NCBI GenBank assembly: GCA_035559535.1
Contig: DATMBG010000029.1
Coordinates: 62,001 to 85,414, forward strand
Direction of reading: 5' to 3'
DNA from: Candidatus Limnocylindrales bacterium
GTDB taxonomy: Bacteria; Moduliflexota; Moduliflexia; Moduliflexales; JAUQPW01
Length of the DNA stretch: 23,414 nt
Shown: positions 7,529-15,749 of the stretch, one piece after another
How positions within the stretch are numbered: position 1 is the stretch's first letter
Layout of the letters: every line of letters starts with the position of its first letter
Made by a program: the position numbers and the translations under genes
The notes under the pieces: model-generated
Database searches by the model: none
What the model saw: only the letters and a program-made list of their open reading frames with translations
Told to the model about the DNA's origin: nothing

Positions 7529-9406
7529 CTAGGGAATAACAGGCAAAATAATATGGGATGGATGTGCTGCATCATGGTAGATGGTATTCTCGGCGATTAC
7601 GGTTTTTCCATTGGACCATAACGGATCTCCGGTGTTTGGATTTATATCAAATCGCGGATAATTGCTACTGGAGATATCCAGCCGGATACAATGCCCTGCT
7701 TTAAAAAGATTACTGGTTGGATAAAGAATTAAAGTAAAGAGGTAAATCTCGCCGGGTTTCATCAATTCCGCTTTTTCTCGGGAGTTTCGATAACGGGCTC
7801 GAAGAATGGTATCGGTCAGGTTCATATCATATCCTTCCGGGTAGTCTTCGTTGGGTGGATGAACATCGATGAGTTTAGCCGTAAAGTCCGTATCCAGGGC
7901 GGAGGAAGAGGCCCATAGTTTAACCGTGATAGGTCCTGTAACCTCCAGATCTCTCTCTAAAGGAGGAGTTTGATACACCAAAACATCGTGCCGGGAAGCC
8001 AGGGGGAGGTAAGGGGGTTTGCAGCCAAAGAATTGAGGATGTTCTTTCTGATGGAAAGCTCCCGGGATTCCGATGATATCGATTTCTCGTTGCTCTATGG
8101 GGATTTCCCGTGCACCTTCCGGTCGAGGCATCAATCCTGCCAGGGAAGACATATTCCCTCCGATGGTTGGAACCGGATTTTTAGGATCGTACAGGTAACT
8201 ATCCGGGGGATCTTCTGGGGGTGGTTTCTGGGTACTCAAGCGACCGCCGCTGTGAAGATAATACTCGGTATAACGGGTCCGGGCCAGGGGCCATTCATAC
8301 TCATAGCGCCAATGACCTCCGTGGTTCATCCGCCCTTGTCCATTTTTTCTTCCATCTCCGCCGCCCATGACAAAGATTTTTATAGGCGGCTCGTCCAGGA
8401 TCCCGGTGGGGATTCCTTTCAACCACTGATCAAACCACTTGAGACGCAAAGCATTATAATCAATGATGGCTTCAGGTCCAAAATCTACATCCCCGGCGTA
8501 GCTCAGGCCTAAAGTTTTCCATCCATGCGTCCAGGGGCCCATGATGAGCTTGATCGGCTGCTTCTTGATCTTCGATAAGCCGACAAAATTGTCTAAGGTC
8601 GATCGGGTATAGGAGTCATACCAGCCACCCGAATAATAGGTAGGGACATCAGCGTGTTGCTCGTAATGCGCTTCGATATTAAAACCCTCTCCTTTCCAAA
8701 ATTCATCGTAATCTCCATGGGTAATAAGGTCAAAAACCCATTTTTCGTAGTCAGGGATAAATTTAAGGGGAGAGCAACCTTTTTTGAGGGGGGTTCGGGT
8801 AAGCCACTCCCGCATATTTACTTGAGCCAGAGCCTTCCCAATGACGGGATTTTCCAGGGCTTCTTTACTTTTAGGTCCTTGAAAACCTAGGGCCCAGCAT
8901 AAAAATCTCATTTCGAAAGCTCCCATGTGCCTTACAGAACTGGTATGGGCGTTGGATCCGCCTTGATTGATAAACATGGCTCTAAGATGGGGTGGATTAA
9001 GGGCAGCCAGAGAACTTTGTGCCCATGCCATATAGGAGGTTCCAATAGTCCCCACAGATCCATTACACCAGGGTTGCCGGGCAATCCATTCAACTGTATC
9101 GTATCCATCCGGGCCTTCGTTTTTAAGAAAATAAAAAGTTCCTTCGGATTTATACCGCCCTCGAACATCTTGAATCACTACCACATAACCTCGACTGGCA
9201 TAATATTCCCCATTCATCTTAACCCGCTCCGGGTCACTTTTATCGTAGGGGGTTCTTTCCAAAATGGCCGGAAATTTTTCCGGTACAGGCTCTCCATTCC
9301 GGGCCGGTCGATAAATATCGGTTGCCAGCCGCACCCCATCTCGCATAGGGACCAGGATATTCTTGATCACTACCACATCATACTCCGCAGGACGAGGATT
9401 TTCCAT
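7529..9406 (-). CDS. CocE/NonD family hydrolase (peptidase S15-like)
   Basis: VPMRDGVRLATDIYRP, RTPYDK, QDVRGRYKSEG, GTSYMA nucleophile elbow, GWYD, GPWTHG, LDISSSNYPRFD. ATG 9406 is preferred over TTG 9412. Confidence 0.95.
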   Translation of the reverse strand: MENPRPAEYDVVVIKNILVPMRDGVRLATDIYRPARNGEPVPEKFPAILERTPYDKSDPERVKMNGEYYASRGYVVVIQDVRGRYKSEGTFYFLKNEGPDGYDTVEWIARQPWCNGSVGTIGTSYMAWAQSSLAALNPPHLRAMFINQGGSNAHTSSVRHMGAFEMRFLCWALGFQGPKSKEALENPVIGKALAQVNMREWLTRTPLKKGCSPLKFIPDYEKWVFDLITHGDYDEFWKGEGFNIEAHYEQHADVPTYYSGGWYDSYTRSTLDNFVGLSKIKKQPIKLIMGPWTHGWKTLGLSYAGDVDFGPEAIIDYNALRLKWFDQWLKGIPTGILDEPPIKIFVMGGGDGRKNGQGRMNHGGHWRYEYEWPLARTRYTEYYLHSGGRLSTQKPPPEDPPDSYLYDPKNPVPTIGGNMSSLAGLMPRPEGAREIPIEQREIDIIGIPGAFHQKEHPQFFGCKPPYLPLASRHDVLVYQTPPLERDLEVTGPITVKLWASSSALDTDFTAKLIDVHPPNEDYPEGYDMNLTDTILRARYRNSREKAELMKPGEIYLFTLILYPTSNLFKAGHCIRLDISSSNYPRFDINPNTGDPLWSNGKTVIAENTIYHDAAHPSHIILPVIP

Positions 9407-9416
9407 TAACAAAAAC

Positions 9417-9481
9417 TGTAATACGTAATACGTAAAAAGGAAACCATCTCCTCATTTACCTATTACGTATAACCTTTTACA
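9417..9481. repeat. Inverted heptamer-repeat array
   Basis: TGTAATA-CGTAATA-CGTAAAA (9417-9437) faces ATTTACC-TATTACG-TATAACC-TTTTACA (9454-9481). ATACGTAATA/TATTACGTAT form a 10-bp inverted repeat. Confidence 0.5.
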
Positions 9482-9896
9482 TCCTTCTCAAGTAAGCTGA
9501 AAGAAAAATAATGATGGCTCCTAAGATTATATTTACCATTAGCCACCTGGGTCGATTCTTTTGAATATTGGAAAAGGCCGGTATTGGGAGGGTTAGCATA
9601 AGGGAAATAGTAAATAAGGATATAGCCAGAAGAATTTTGAGGGAAAGGATTCCTGTGTACCAACTGGAAAAAGGGGGATTGGTACTGGATATATTATAAA
9701 CCCCGGAGATTAAGATGAGTCCTATACAGGTCCAGATGATGGCGTTGAACCGACTTGAAATCTTACCCACTAAAACAGGAACCTGGGAACGGTCCAGGAC
9801 TTTTAAAGAAGGGATTAAAAATAAACGTAAAAAGATAACCCCCCCTAAGGCGATTACGGCCGATGTAATATGCACCCATTGCATGAACGTAGACAT
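9477..9896 (-). CDS. Four-TM membrane protein, CopD/DUF4149-like
   Basis: WVHI.SA...GG..F, LILISG.YN and L.LKILLA patterns, with four hydrophobic segments. Confidence 0.7.
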   Translation of the reverse strand: MSTFMQWVHITSAVIALGGVIFLRLFLIPSLKVLDRSQVPVLVGKISSRFNAIIWTCIGLILISGVYNISSTNPPFSSWYTGILSLKILLAISLFTISLMLTLPIPAFSNIQKNRPRWLMVNIILGAIIIFLSAYLRRM

Positions 9897-9909
9897 CTAA
9901 GTATTTCTC

Positions 9910-10137
9910 CTAATGACAGCCGCAGTTACCGCATCCTCCCCCTGAGCAACTCCCAACTGATTCCGATGAGGTTGAGGTTGAGAAGGAGCCAGTGCTTTTC
10001 ATTCCAAATACGGAAAACCTTCTGATCACTTCTTTACTTCCACAATTCGGGCACTGGACCTCTGTAAGGTTAGGGTTGCGAATTAATTTTTCAAATCTAT
10101 CCTTGCAAATAGCACAATCATATTCGTAGATAGGCAT
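9910..10137 (-). CDS. FmdB-family zinc-ribbon protein with a Cys/Gly-rich tail
   Basis: MPIYEYDCAIC...FE...CPNCGS..V.R.FS and the tail CSGGGCGNCGCH. AGGAGG SD. Confidence 0.92.
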   Translation of the reverse strand: MPIYEYDCAICKDRFEKLIRNPNLTEVQCPNCGSKEVIRRFSVFGMKSTGSFSTSTSSESVGSCSGGGCGNCGCH

Positions 10138-10155
10138 AACTTATAAACTTCCTCC

Positions 10156-11487
10156 TTATTTCCTGCTTTGAATTCGTTGTAGCAAGATTTGTCTGGATGC
10201 ATTTCGGACAACCTGTGGAATAGCCCTGCTTTTCTGTAAAAAATCCAGATCTTTTTTATTCAGCCGATTTAAATAATTTAGGGATATATCCACCGGTGTC
10301 TTAGGATTTTTAATCAGCCTGACCAGAATGTTATAGTTATTTACCCATTCTTTCCTGGCAGCTATAGCCCTCAAAACATCTTCGGAGACTTCCCGCATCC
10401 CGGCGATGACTTCAATTTCGGATTCGGTAATTTTGGGATTTTCTAATACCGTCAAAGCAACATCCCGGTCGGTATCCCGGATTAAAATTCTCCGTTCGGC
10501 TATCCCTCCTTTCCGCGCCAGTTGGATGCGCTGTCCCACATTCATTTTCTTGATTTGATCCTGAAGAGAAAGGTTTTCCTCTTCTCTTTCCTCAACGGGT
10601 TCTTCTACTTCAGCCGTTTTTTTTTGATCTGCCTGTTGATCCTGGAGAAATTTCAGAATCTCTTGTTCGGGGACTAAAGCGGGTAACCGTCGCATAACGA
10701 AAGCGACCAGTTCCGGAGTTAACCGAAGAGTTCGAGGATCTAGAGAGTCTGCATTTTTGGAAATAACCTGTAAAATCTGCTTGTTTGCTTCAGCCAGTCG
10801 TTCCAATTGCTTGATAATCTGCTCGTTGATCCGCTTCATGAAATCAGATACGATATTAAAATTTATCTCCAAAAGTTGTCCCACACAATCGGAAAGGGTA
10901 GGTTCAGATGGAATTTGTTTGATAGAGTCGGCTACTGAGGCTTCTCCAACTTTTTGCGAGGCCGTTTCCACCGACTTTTCAGCTCCCACTCTTTTAAGCA
11001 AATCTCTGGCCAGTTGTTCCCGGAGGGGAGCCGGCGTGGCCGGATTCTGAGCGATCAGCTTCATCAGATTGACCTGACTGCTTCCGAAGATTTTAACAAA
11101 TCGCTCCAGTAACTCAGGTCGGACATTGGGGTCTGCAGCAATAGCCTCGATAATCGATCCCGGCAGCAGTTTTGCAATATGCTCCAGGGTAGTGGCTGAA
11201 ACAGATGGATTTTTAAGAAGGGCCTGCTGAACGGCGGTACTGGTTTCAAAAATCCGGCTGAGGTAATCTAAGAACTGTGCATCAATCTCCGGGTCCTCTG
11301 CAATCATTACCACCTCGTGTTCTGGAAGGGCACTTAAAAGCATCCGGACCATTTCCCTGAACTCCCTATCAGGTCCCATGGCTAATTGGATTAGCACTTT
11401 CAAAGTCACTCCGAGATTTGCAGCCAGATCGTTGAGAGGGTTAGAAACCTTCATTTTGTTTTTATGTTCTTGGGATTGCATGGACAT
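10156..11487 (-). CDS. Hypothetical alpha-helical repeat protein (leucine-rich-variant-like repeats)
   Basis: 443-aa ORF with recurring [LI]..NP..[PS] units (KNPSVS, ADPNVR, QNPATP, ENPKIT, KNPKTP) and a conserved-looking C-terminal domain (LARKG...RRILIRD). Confidence 0.7.
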   Translation of the reverse strand: MSMQSQEHKNKMKVSNPLNDLAANLGVTLKVLIQLAMGPDREFREMVRMLLSALPEHEVVMIAEDPEIDAQFLDYLSRIFETSTAVQQALLKNPSVSATTLEHIAKLLPGSIIEAIAADPNVRPELLERFVKIFGSSQVNLMKLIAQNPATPAPLREQLARDLLKRVGAEKSVETASQKVGEASVADSIKQIPSEPTLSDCVGQLLEINFNIVSDFMKRINEQIIKQLERLAEANKQILQVISKNADSLDPRTLRLTPELVAFVMRRLPALVPEQEILKFLQDQQADQKKTAEVEEPVEEREEENLSLQDQIKKMNVGQRIQLARKGGIAERRILIRDTDRDVALTVLENPKITESEIEVIAGMREVSEDVLRAIAARKEWVNNYNILVRLIKNPKTPVDISLNYLNRLNKKDLDFLQKSRAIPQVVRNASRQILLQRIQSRK

Positions 11488-11507
11488 GGGATACGTTTTC
11501 TTTTACC

Positions 11508-12698
11508 CTATTCCAGAACGTTGGAAGCAGGCTTGTTTTTAACAGCTCCCGATAACGAAGTGATTCTAGGAAGCGTCACACCCGTAACTACTTCACCTCT
11601 CTTACCCAGAGGAGGTAACTTTTGATTATCTAGCTTAAGCTCTAATCCCCCCGCATTACCTGCACTGATGGCAAATTTTTCTCTGGCATACCAGGTCCTT
11701 GTCGTAGGGGGTTCTAAAATTCCTTCAAATACCTTTTCGTTGTCTGCATAGATGCGTACCCAGGCTTTTTCGATAAAGGTGATTTCCAGGCTGTGTTCTT
11801 TACCTTCACTGGTCGGAGATTTTTCTGTCGGGGTCATATTTACATTCTTTTCACCGGCAGCCGTAGGGGAACCAACTGCTCCGGCAGAATTACCGACCAT
11901 ATTGAGATAAGTACCTGTACCCTTTTCATTGTTTTGGGTATTCAGGGAGGCATTTTTTTCTCGGCTATTCTCATCGGTAGTTTGAGCAGAACTACCCGTC
12001 GGCCTGGCATCCTTAAAAGAAGGAGTCGTACCGGCTTGAAGGCTTTCCATAGAGGTATTCCTCGAAGAGGCTCTTATAGAGTCATGGGATCTGGCCAAGA
12101 CAGCCTCTTCTTTAAGGGGAGCTTCATTTTTTTGGGACAGTTGGGTTTGTTGAGAGGATGAAGAGGGGTTTGGAGGACTACCCAACGCTAATTCTAATAT
12201 GGAATGATCGGCCTCAGGTTGGTTTTTGACAGTCAGATCTTGATTTTTGCCGGGTAGTTCGTGTTTCTTAAACCCTTCTCTTATGAGGGACCGCTTGGAG
12301 TTAAAAAGAGAAAAAAAAGGAATAGATCCCTTTACCTGAAACGAATAACCCAGAATTAAGATTAGCAAGGGAACTAATACTGCTATAAATATCGAGAAAG
12401 CTTTGGTGCCTTTTTTTGAGGAAGGAGAGGTCTGAAGGAAAGGAGGCTGTGGATCTTTGGATAAGGAGTTTACAAATTGATCAAAGTTAAACACCGTCTC
12501 CTCGGGATTCAAACCGATAAACTTTGCGTAGGATTTCAGAAAACCTCGGACAAAAGTTGCAGCCGGAAGAGATTTTAGATCATCCTCTTCAATAGCTTTC
12601 AAATAACGTAAATTCACCTTTGTATAATCGGCAACCTCCTCCAGCGTAATCCCTCTCAATTCTCGTTCTTCTTTTAAAAGTTTTCCAAAAGATTTCAT
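11508..12698 (-). CDS. rodZ: RodZ-like protein (XRE HTH, TM helix, DUF4115)
   Basis: FGKLLKEERELRGITLEEVA..TK....YLKAIEEDD...LP..TFVRGFLKSYAKFIGL, a TM helix, an S/T-rich linker and a C-terminal W..I.AD...GNAGG domain. Confidence 0.85.
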   Translation of the reverse strand: MKSFGKLLKEERELRGITLEEVADYTKVNLRYLKAIEEDDLKSLPAATFVRGFLKSYAKFIGLNPEETVFNFDQFVNSLSKDPQPPFLQTSPSSKKGTKAFSIFIAVLVPLLILILGYSFQVKGSIPFFSLFNSKRSLIREGFKKHELPGKNQDLTVKNQPEADHSILELALGSPPNPSSSSQQTQLSQKNEAPLKEEAVLARSHDSIRASSRNTSMESLQAGTTPSFKDARPTGSSAQTTDENSREKNASLNTQNNEKGTGTYLNMVGNSAGAVGSPTAAGEKNVNMTPTEKSPTSEGKEHSLEITFIEKAWVRIYADNEKVFEGILEPPTTRTWYAREKFAISAGNAGGLELKLDNQKLPPLGKRGEVVTGVTLPRITSLSGAVKNKPASNVLE

Positions 12699-12852
12699 CT
12701 TTTACTGATCCCTTAACTGGATGGGAGGTTTATCTGGATGTTATACAGATCGTTTAGATCTCCCTGTTAGCTTTTACCATCCGTATCTTTGTTAAGGTAC
12801 TCTTTGTTGAGAAGGTAAAAACCTAAGGCATTCAGGCCTAATATTTGAGAGT

Positions 12853-12881
12853 ATCCTACTTACATCTTGAGAATCTGTCAA
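12853..12881 (-). promoter_or_regulatory. Putative sigma70 promoter for the rodZ-led minus-strand cluster
   Basis: Minus strand TTGACA (12881-12876), 17-nt spacer, TAGGAT (12858-12853). Confidence 0.65.
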
Positions 12882-12978
12882 ATAAATTTTTCGCTTGGCA
12901 ACGGTTTTTATGAAAGTTTAGACCCTTAAAAATAAAGAATGCATAGTTGACATCATAATTCAGGGACAAGGATTTCAC

Positions 12979-13007
12979 TTGACCTGATAGAGGCGTTAGC
13001 CTATAAT
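12979..13007 (+). promoter_or_regulatory. Near-consensus sigma70 promoter for amrA-cpsB
   Basis: TTGACC 12979-12984, 17-nt spacer, TATAAT 13002-13007. Confidence 0.75.
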
Positions 13008-13054
13008 ATACCCTTAGCTGGTATCAGTAAGCCTTTAGAAGATCGGAGGGATCT

Positions 13055-13657
13055 ATGAAAGAAGAAGAGTTATTAAGTTTTGACTTACAACAAAAACTCC
13101 TGCATATTGCCTGGGAAACTCTATCGATTTATCTCATTCATAAAAAAGTGCCGGAGATCGTGGTTACAGAGCCAGAATTACAGATGAAAAAAGGGGTTTT
13201 TGTGACTCTTAAAAAAGGGGATCTCTTGCGTGGATGTATAGGTGATATCGATGGAAAGCGTAGTTTATGGCAATCGGCTCAGGAAATAGTTATTGCCGCC
13301 GCTACAAGGGATCCCAGATTTCCTCCGCTGACTGAAGAGGAACTAAAGGATATTCATATAGAAATTTCCGTGTTATCTCCGTTTGAAAAAATTTCAGATC
13401 CGACCTGCATTCGAATAGGCCAACATGGGATTCTCGTCAAAAAAAGTCCTTTTAGTGGATTACTTCTTCCACAAGTCGCCGTGGAACAGGGATGGGATAC
13501 TCTGACTTTCTTAGAACATGCTTGTAAAAAAGCCTGGTTGCCAGGAGATGCCTGGAAGGATCCTGAAACGGAAATTTATGTCTTTACCGCTCAGGTTTTT
13601 GGTGCAAAACCAACTTTGGATAGTCGATATTCCCTTTCACATTCTACTTCAGAATGA
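13055..13657 (+). CDS. amrA: AMMECR1-domain protein (AmmeMemoRadiSam system protein A)
   Basis: GVFVTL, LRGCIG, AATRDPRFPPL, IEISVLS, G.HG, GLLLPQVA.EQGW, C.KA motifs. Confidence 0.95.
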   Translation: MKEEELLSFDLQQKLLHIAWETLSIYLIHKKVPEIVVTEPELQMKKGVFVTLKKGDLLRGCIGDIDGKRSLWQSAQEIVIAAATRDPRFPPLTEEELKDIHIEISVLSPFEKISDPTCIRIGQHGILVKKSPFSGLLLPQVAVEQGWDTLTFLEHACKKAWLPGDAWKDPETEIYVFTAQVFGAKPTLDSRYSLSHSTSE

Positions 13658-14427
13658 TCGATATTCATTCCCACATTTTACCTAATTTAGATGATGGAGC
13701 TAAAAACATAGAACAGGCCCTCCAACTGTGTCGAATGGCGGAGCGGGATGGGGTTAAGACCATGGTGGCAACTCCTCATATGCTGGATGGTCAATTCTCC
13801 TTCGGTCCTGAAACCATCCTTCTGAGATTTGCCGAATTGACCAGTTTTTTAAAGAAGGCCAAAATAAATTTAGAAATTTTACCCGGTGCGGAGATTCATA
13901 TCACCCCGAATCTGGCGCAAAAAATCATCCACCGGGAAGTGTTAACGCTTAACCATACAGGTCGATATATTCTTCTGGAACTACCTTTTCAAAGAATCCC
14001 TCCCCAAACAAAAGAAGTAATCTTTGATCTTCTGCTTAATCGGATAACTCCTATTATTGTCCATCCTGAAAGAATTGCCGAAGTTCAAGAAGATCCCAAC
14101 ACATTGTACGATTTTATTTCTCTAGGCGCTTTATCTCAGATAACGGCTTCCAGTCTTACCGGCAGGTTTGGATCGAAGGCGAAAAAATGTGCCATCCGCC
14201 TGATTGAACAGAACCTGACCCATATAATTGCCTCCGATACCCATTCCCCCGATTTAAGACCTCCTGGACTGACCGAAGCAGTTAAAATAGTGGGTAAAAT
14301 AATCGGCCAGGAAGCAGCCTGGAATATGGTGAGCCTATTTCCAGAGAAAATCCTGAAGGGAGAGCCCTTGGATCATTTACCTGAACCTACCCGAAGTAAA
14401 TCAAGTTCTTTTTGGTTTTTTCGTTGA
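13654..14427 (+). CDS. CpsB/CapC/YwqE PHP-family protein-tyrosine phosphatase
   Basis: MIDIHSHILP.LDDGA, VATPH, ILPGAE, YILLELP, VHPER, IIASDTH. ATGA overlap with the upstream gene. Confidence 0.93.
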   Translation: MIDIHSHILPNLDDGAKNIEQALQLCRMAERDGVKTMVATPHMLDGQFSFGPETILLRFAELTSFLKKAKINLEILPGAEIHITPNLAQKIIHREVLTLNHTGRYILLELPFQRIPPQTKEVIFDLLLNRITPIIVHPERIAEVQEDPNTLYDFISLGALSQITASSLTGRFGSKAKKCAIRLIEQNLTHIIASDTHSPDLRPPGLTEAVKIVGKIIGQEAAWNMVSLFPEKILKGEPLDHLPEPTRSKSSSFWFFR

Positions 14428-14491
14428 ATAAACCAGAGAATCCTTAAACCCTCCTGGATCATAGAAAAATCTTATATCAAAGGTTCTGGCT

Positions 14492-14510
14492 AAATAGAAA
14501 TTTTCTATTT
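14492..14510. promoter_or_regulatory. 9-1-9 palindrome upstream of selD (candidate operator)
   Basis: AAATAGAAA-T-TTTCTATTT, overlapping a possible -35 TTGCCT (14509-14514). Confidence 0.35.
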
Positions 14511-14643
14511 GCCTTATAGAGGGTTTTACTATTAGGTTAAATACAGGAAGATCTTAAATCTAGGATTTTTACCTTCAGGATGTCCCCTTAAAGGATTCAA
14601 AAGGTAGAGGGGTTAACCGGCTAGGGGATACCTTAAAGGAATT

Positions 14644-15693
14644 ATGAGCAAGAAAGACCGATGGGAATTGACAAAAACCGTTGAGTGCGGGGGTTGAGCT
14701 GCGAAATTAAGCCCAACGGTGTTGGGCCACGCACTGGCAGGACTAAGCAGACCGGCCGATGAAAATCTTCTGGTGGGTATTGAAACAGCCGATGATGCAG
14801 GGGTCTATAAATTGACCTCAGATCTGGCTTTGGTTCAGACGGTGGATTTTATTACGCCCATCGTAGACGACCCCTATCTTTTTGGCCAGATTGCCGCAGC
14901 CAATTCCATCAGCGATATCTATGCCATGGGTGGAAGGCCCCTGACGGTCATGAATATTTTATGCTTCCCGGTTTATAAACTGGATTCTAAAGCCTTAGAC
15001 CTGATTTTAGAAGGTGGTCAGGATAAAGCCATGGAGGCCGGTGCAGTGCTTGTGGGAGGTCATACGGTCGACGATGATCAACTGAAATATGGGATGTCGG
15101 TGACCGGGATTGTGCACCCTGAAAAGGTTCTACGCAACTCTACGGCAAAATTAGGAGATAAGCTTATTTTGACAAAGCCTCTAGGAACCGGGATTATTTC
15201 CACTGCAATTAAGAAACGGAAGGCTTCTTTACAGGCCGAAGAGGAAATCTGCCGCAGTATGACCCAACTTAATAAAATCGCTGCAGAAGAGATGCAAAAC
15301 TTCACCGTTCATGCCTGTACCGATATCACCGGTTTCGGTCTTATAGGCCACGGTTGGGAGATGGCTAAAGGGAGCGGCCTGGGCCTGAAAATTCGGGCTT
15401 CCCAGGTTCCTATCTTCGAAGAAGCCCTTCCCCTTGCTAAAAAAGGCATACTAACCCGTGGGGATAGAACCAATCGGGAATATGTTCAAGGTAACTATAC
15501 CATCGATGAATCCATCTCAAAGGAAGTGGTTCACGTTCTGTTTGATCCCCAGACCTCCGGAGGTCTTCTGATTTCCATCTCTCCAGACCAGGCCGATGCG
15601 CTTCTGAAAAAGCTCTGGGAGCGTGGAATTACCGCTGCCCGAATTATCGGAGAGGTTATCCATGAAGCCGGACGGATTGTAGTAGTCCCATAG
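14644..15693 (+). CDS. selD: Selenide, water dikinase (selenophosphate synthetase), selenocysteine-containing (Sec at TGA 14695-14697, codon 18; 349 aa)
   Basis: ATG 14644 with an AAAGGA SD gives MSKKDRWELTKTVECGG-U-AAKLSPTVLGHAL, in frame with the 14719 ORF. Downstream motifs: DDAGVY, QTVDFITPIVDDPY.FGQIAAANSISDIYAMGG, GGHT, LTKPLGTG, TDITGFGL.GH, DPQTSGGLL. Confidence 0.96.
14695..14733 (+). promoter_or_regulatory. Bacterial SECIS element of selD
   Basis: Perfect 7-bp stem GCCCAAC (14711-14717) / loop GGU / GUUGGGC (14721-14727), with the loop 20 nt after UGA. Lower stem UGCG 14700-14703 with CGCA 14730-14733. Confidence 0.75.
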
Positions 15694-15749
15694 ACATAAA
15701 GGGCAGTAAACGTCCAGGGATAGTTAATAAAGAGACGGTAAGCTGCCCC

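Noticed and set aside
7970-9409. Long plus-strand ORFs opposite cocE, and similar antisense ORFs within dapA, the ligase, rodZ, ndh and eamA
   Set aside because: Shadow frames of well-supported genes.
14425-14493. Sec read-through of the cpsB TGA stop
   Set aside because: The PHP domain is already complete, the extension is short with no Cys-type motif, and I saw no SECIS-like stem.
2657-14697. Genome-wide UGA reassignment (genetic code 4 or 25)
   Set aside because: Only two in-frame TGAs, both at catalytic Cys sites. TGA serves as a normal stop for amrA and cpsB, and Trp is encoded by TGG.
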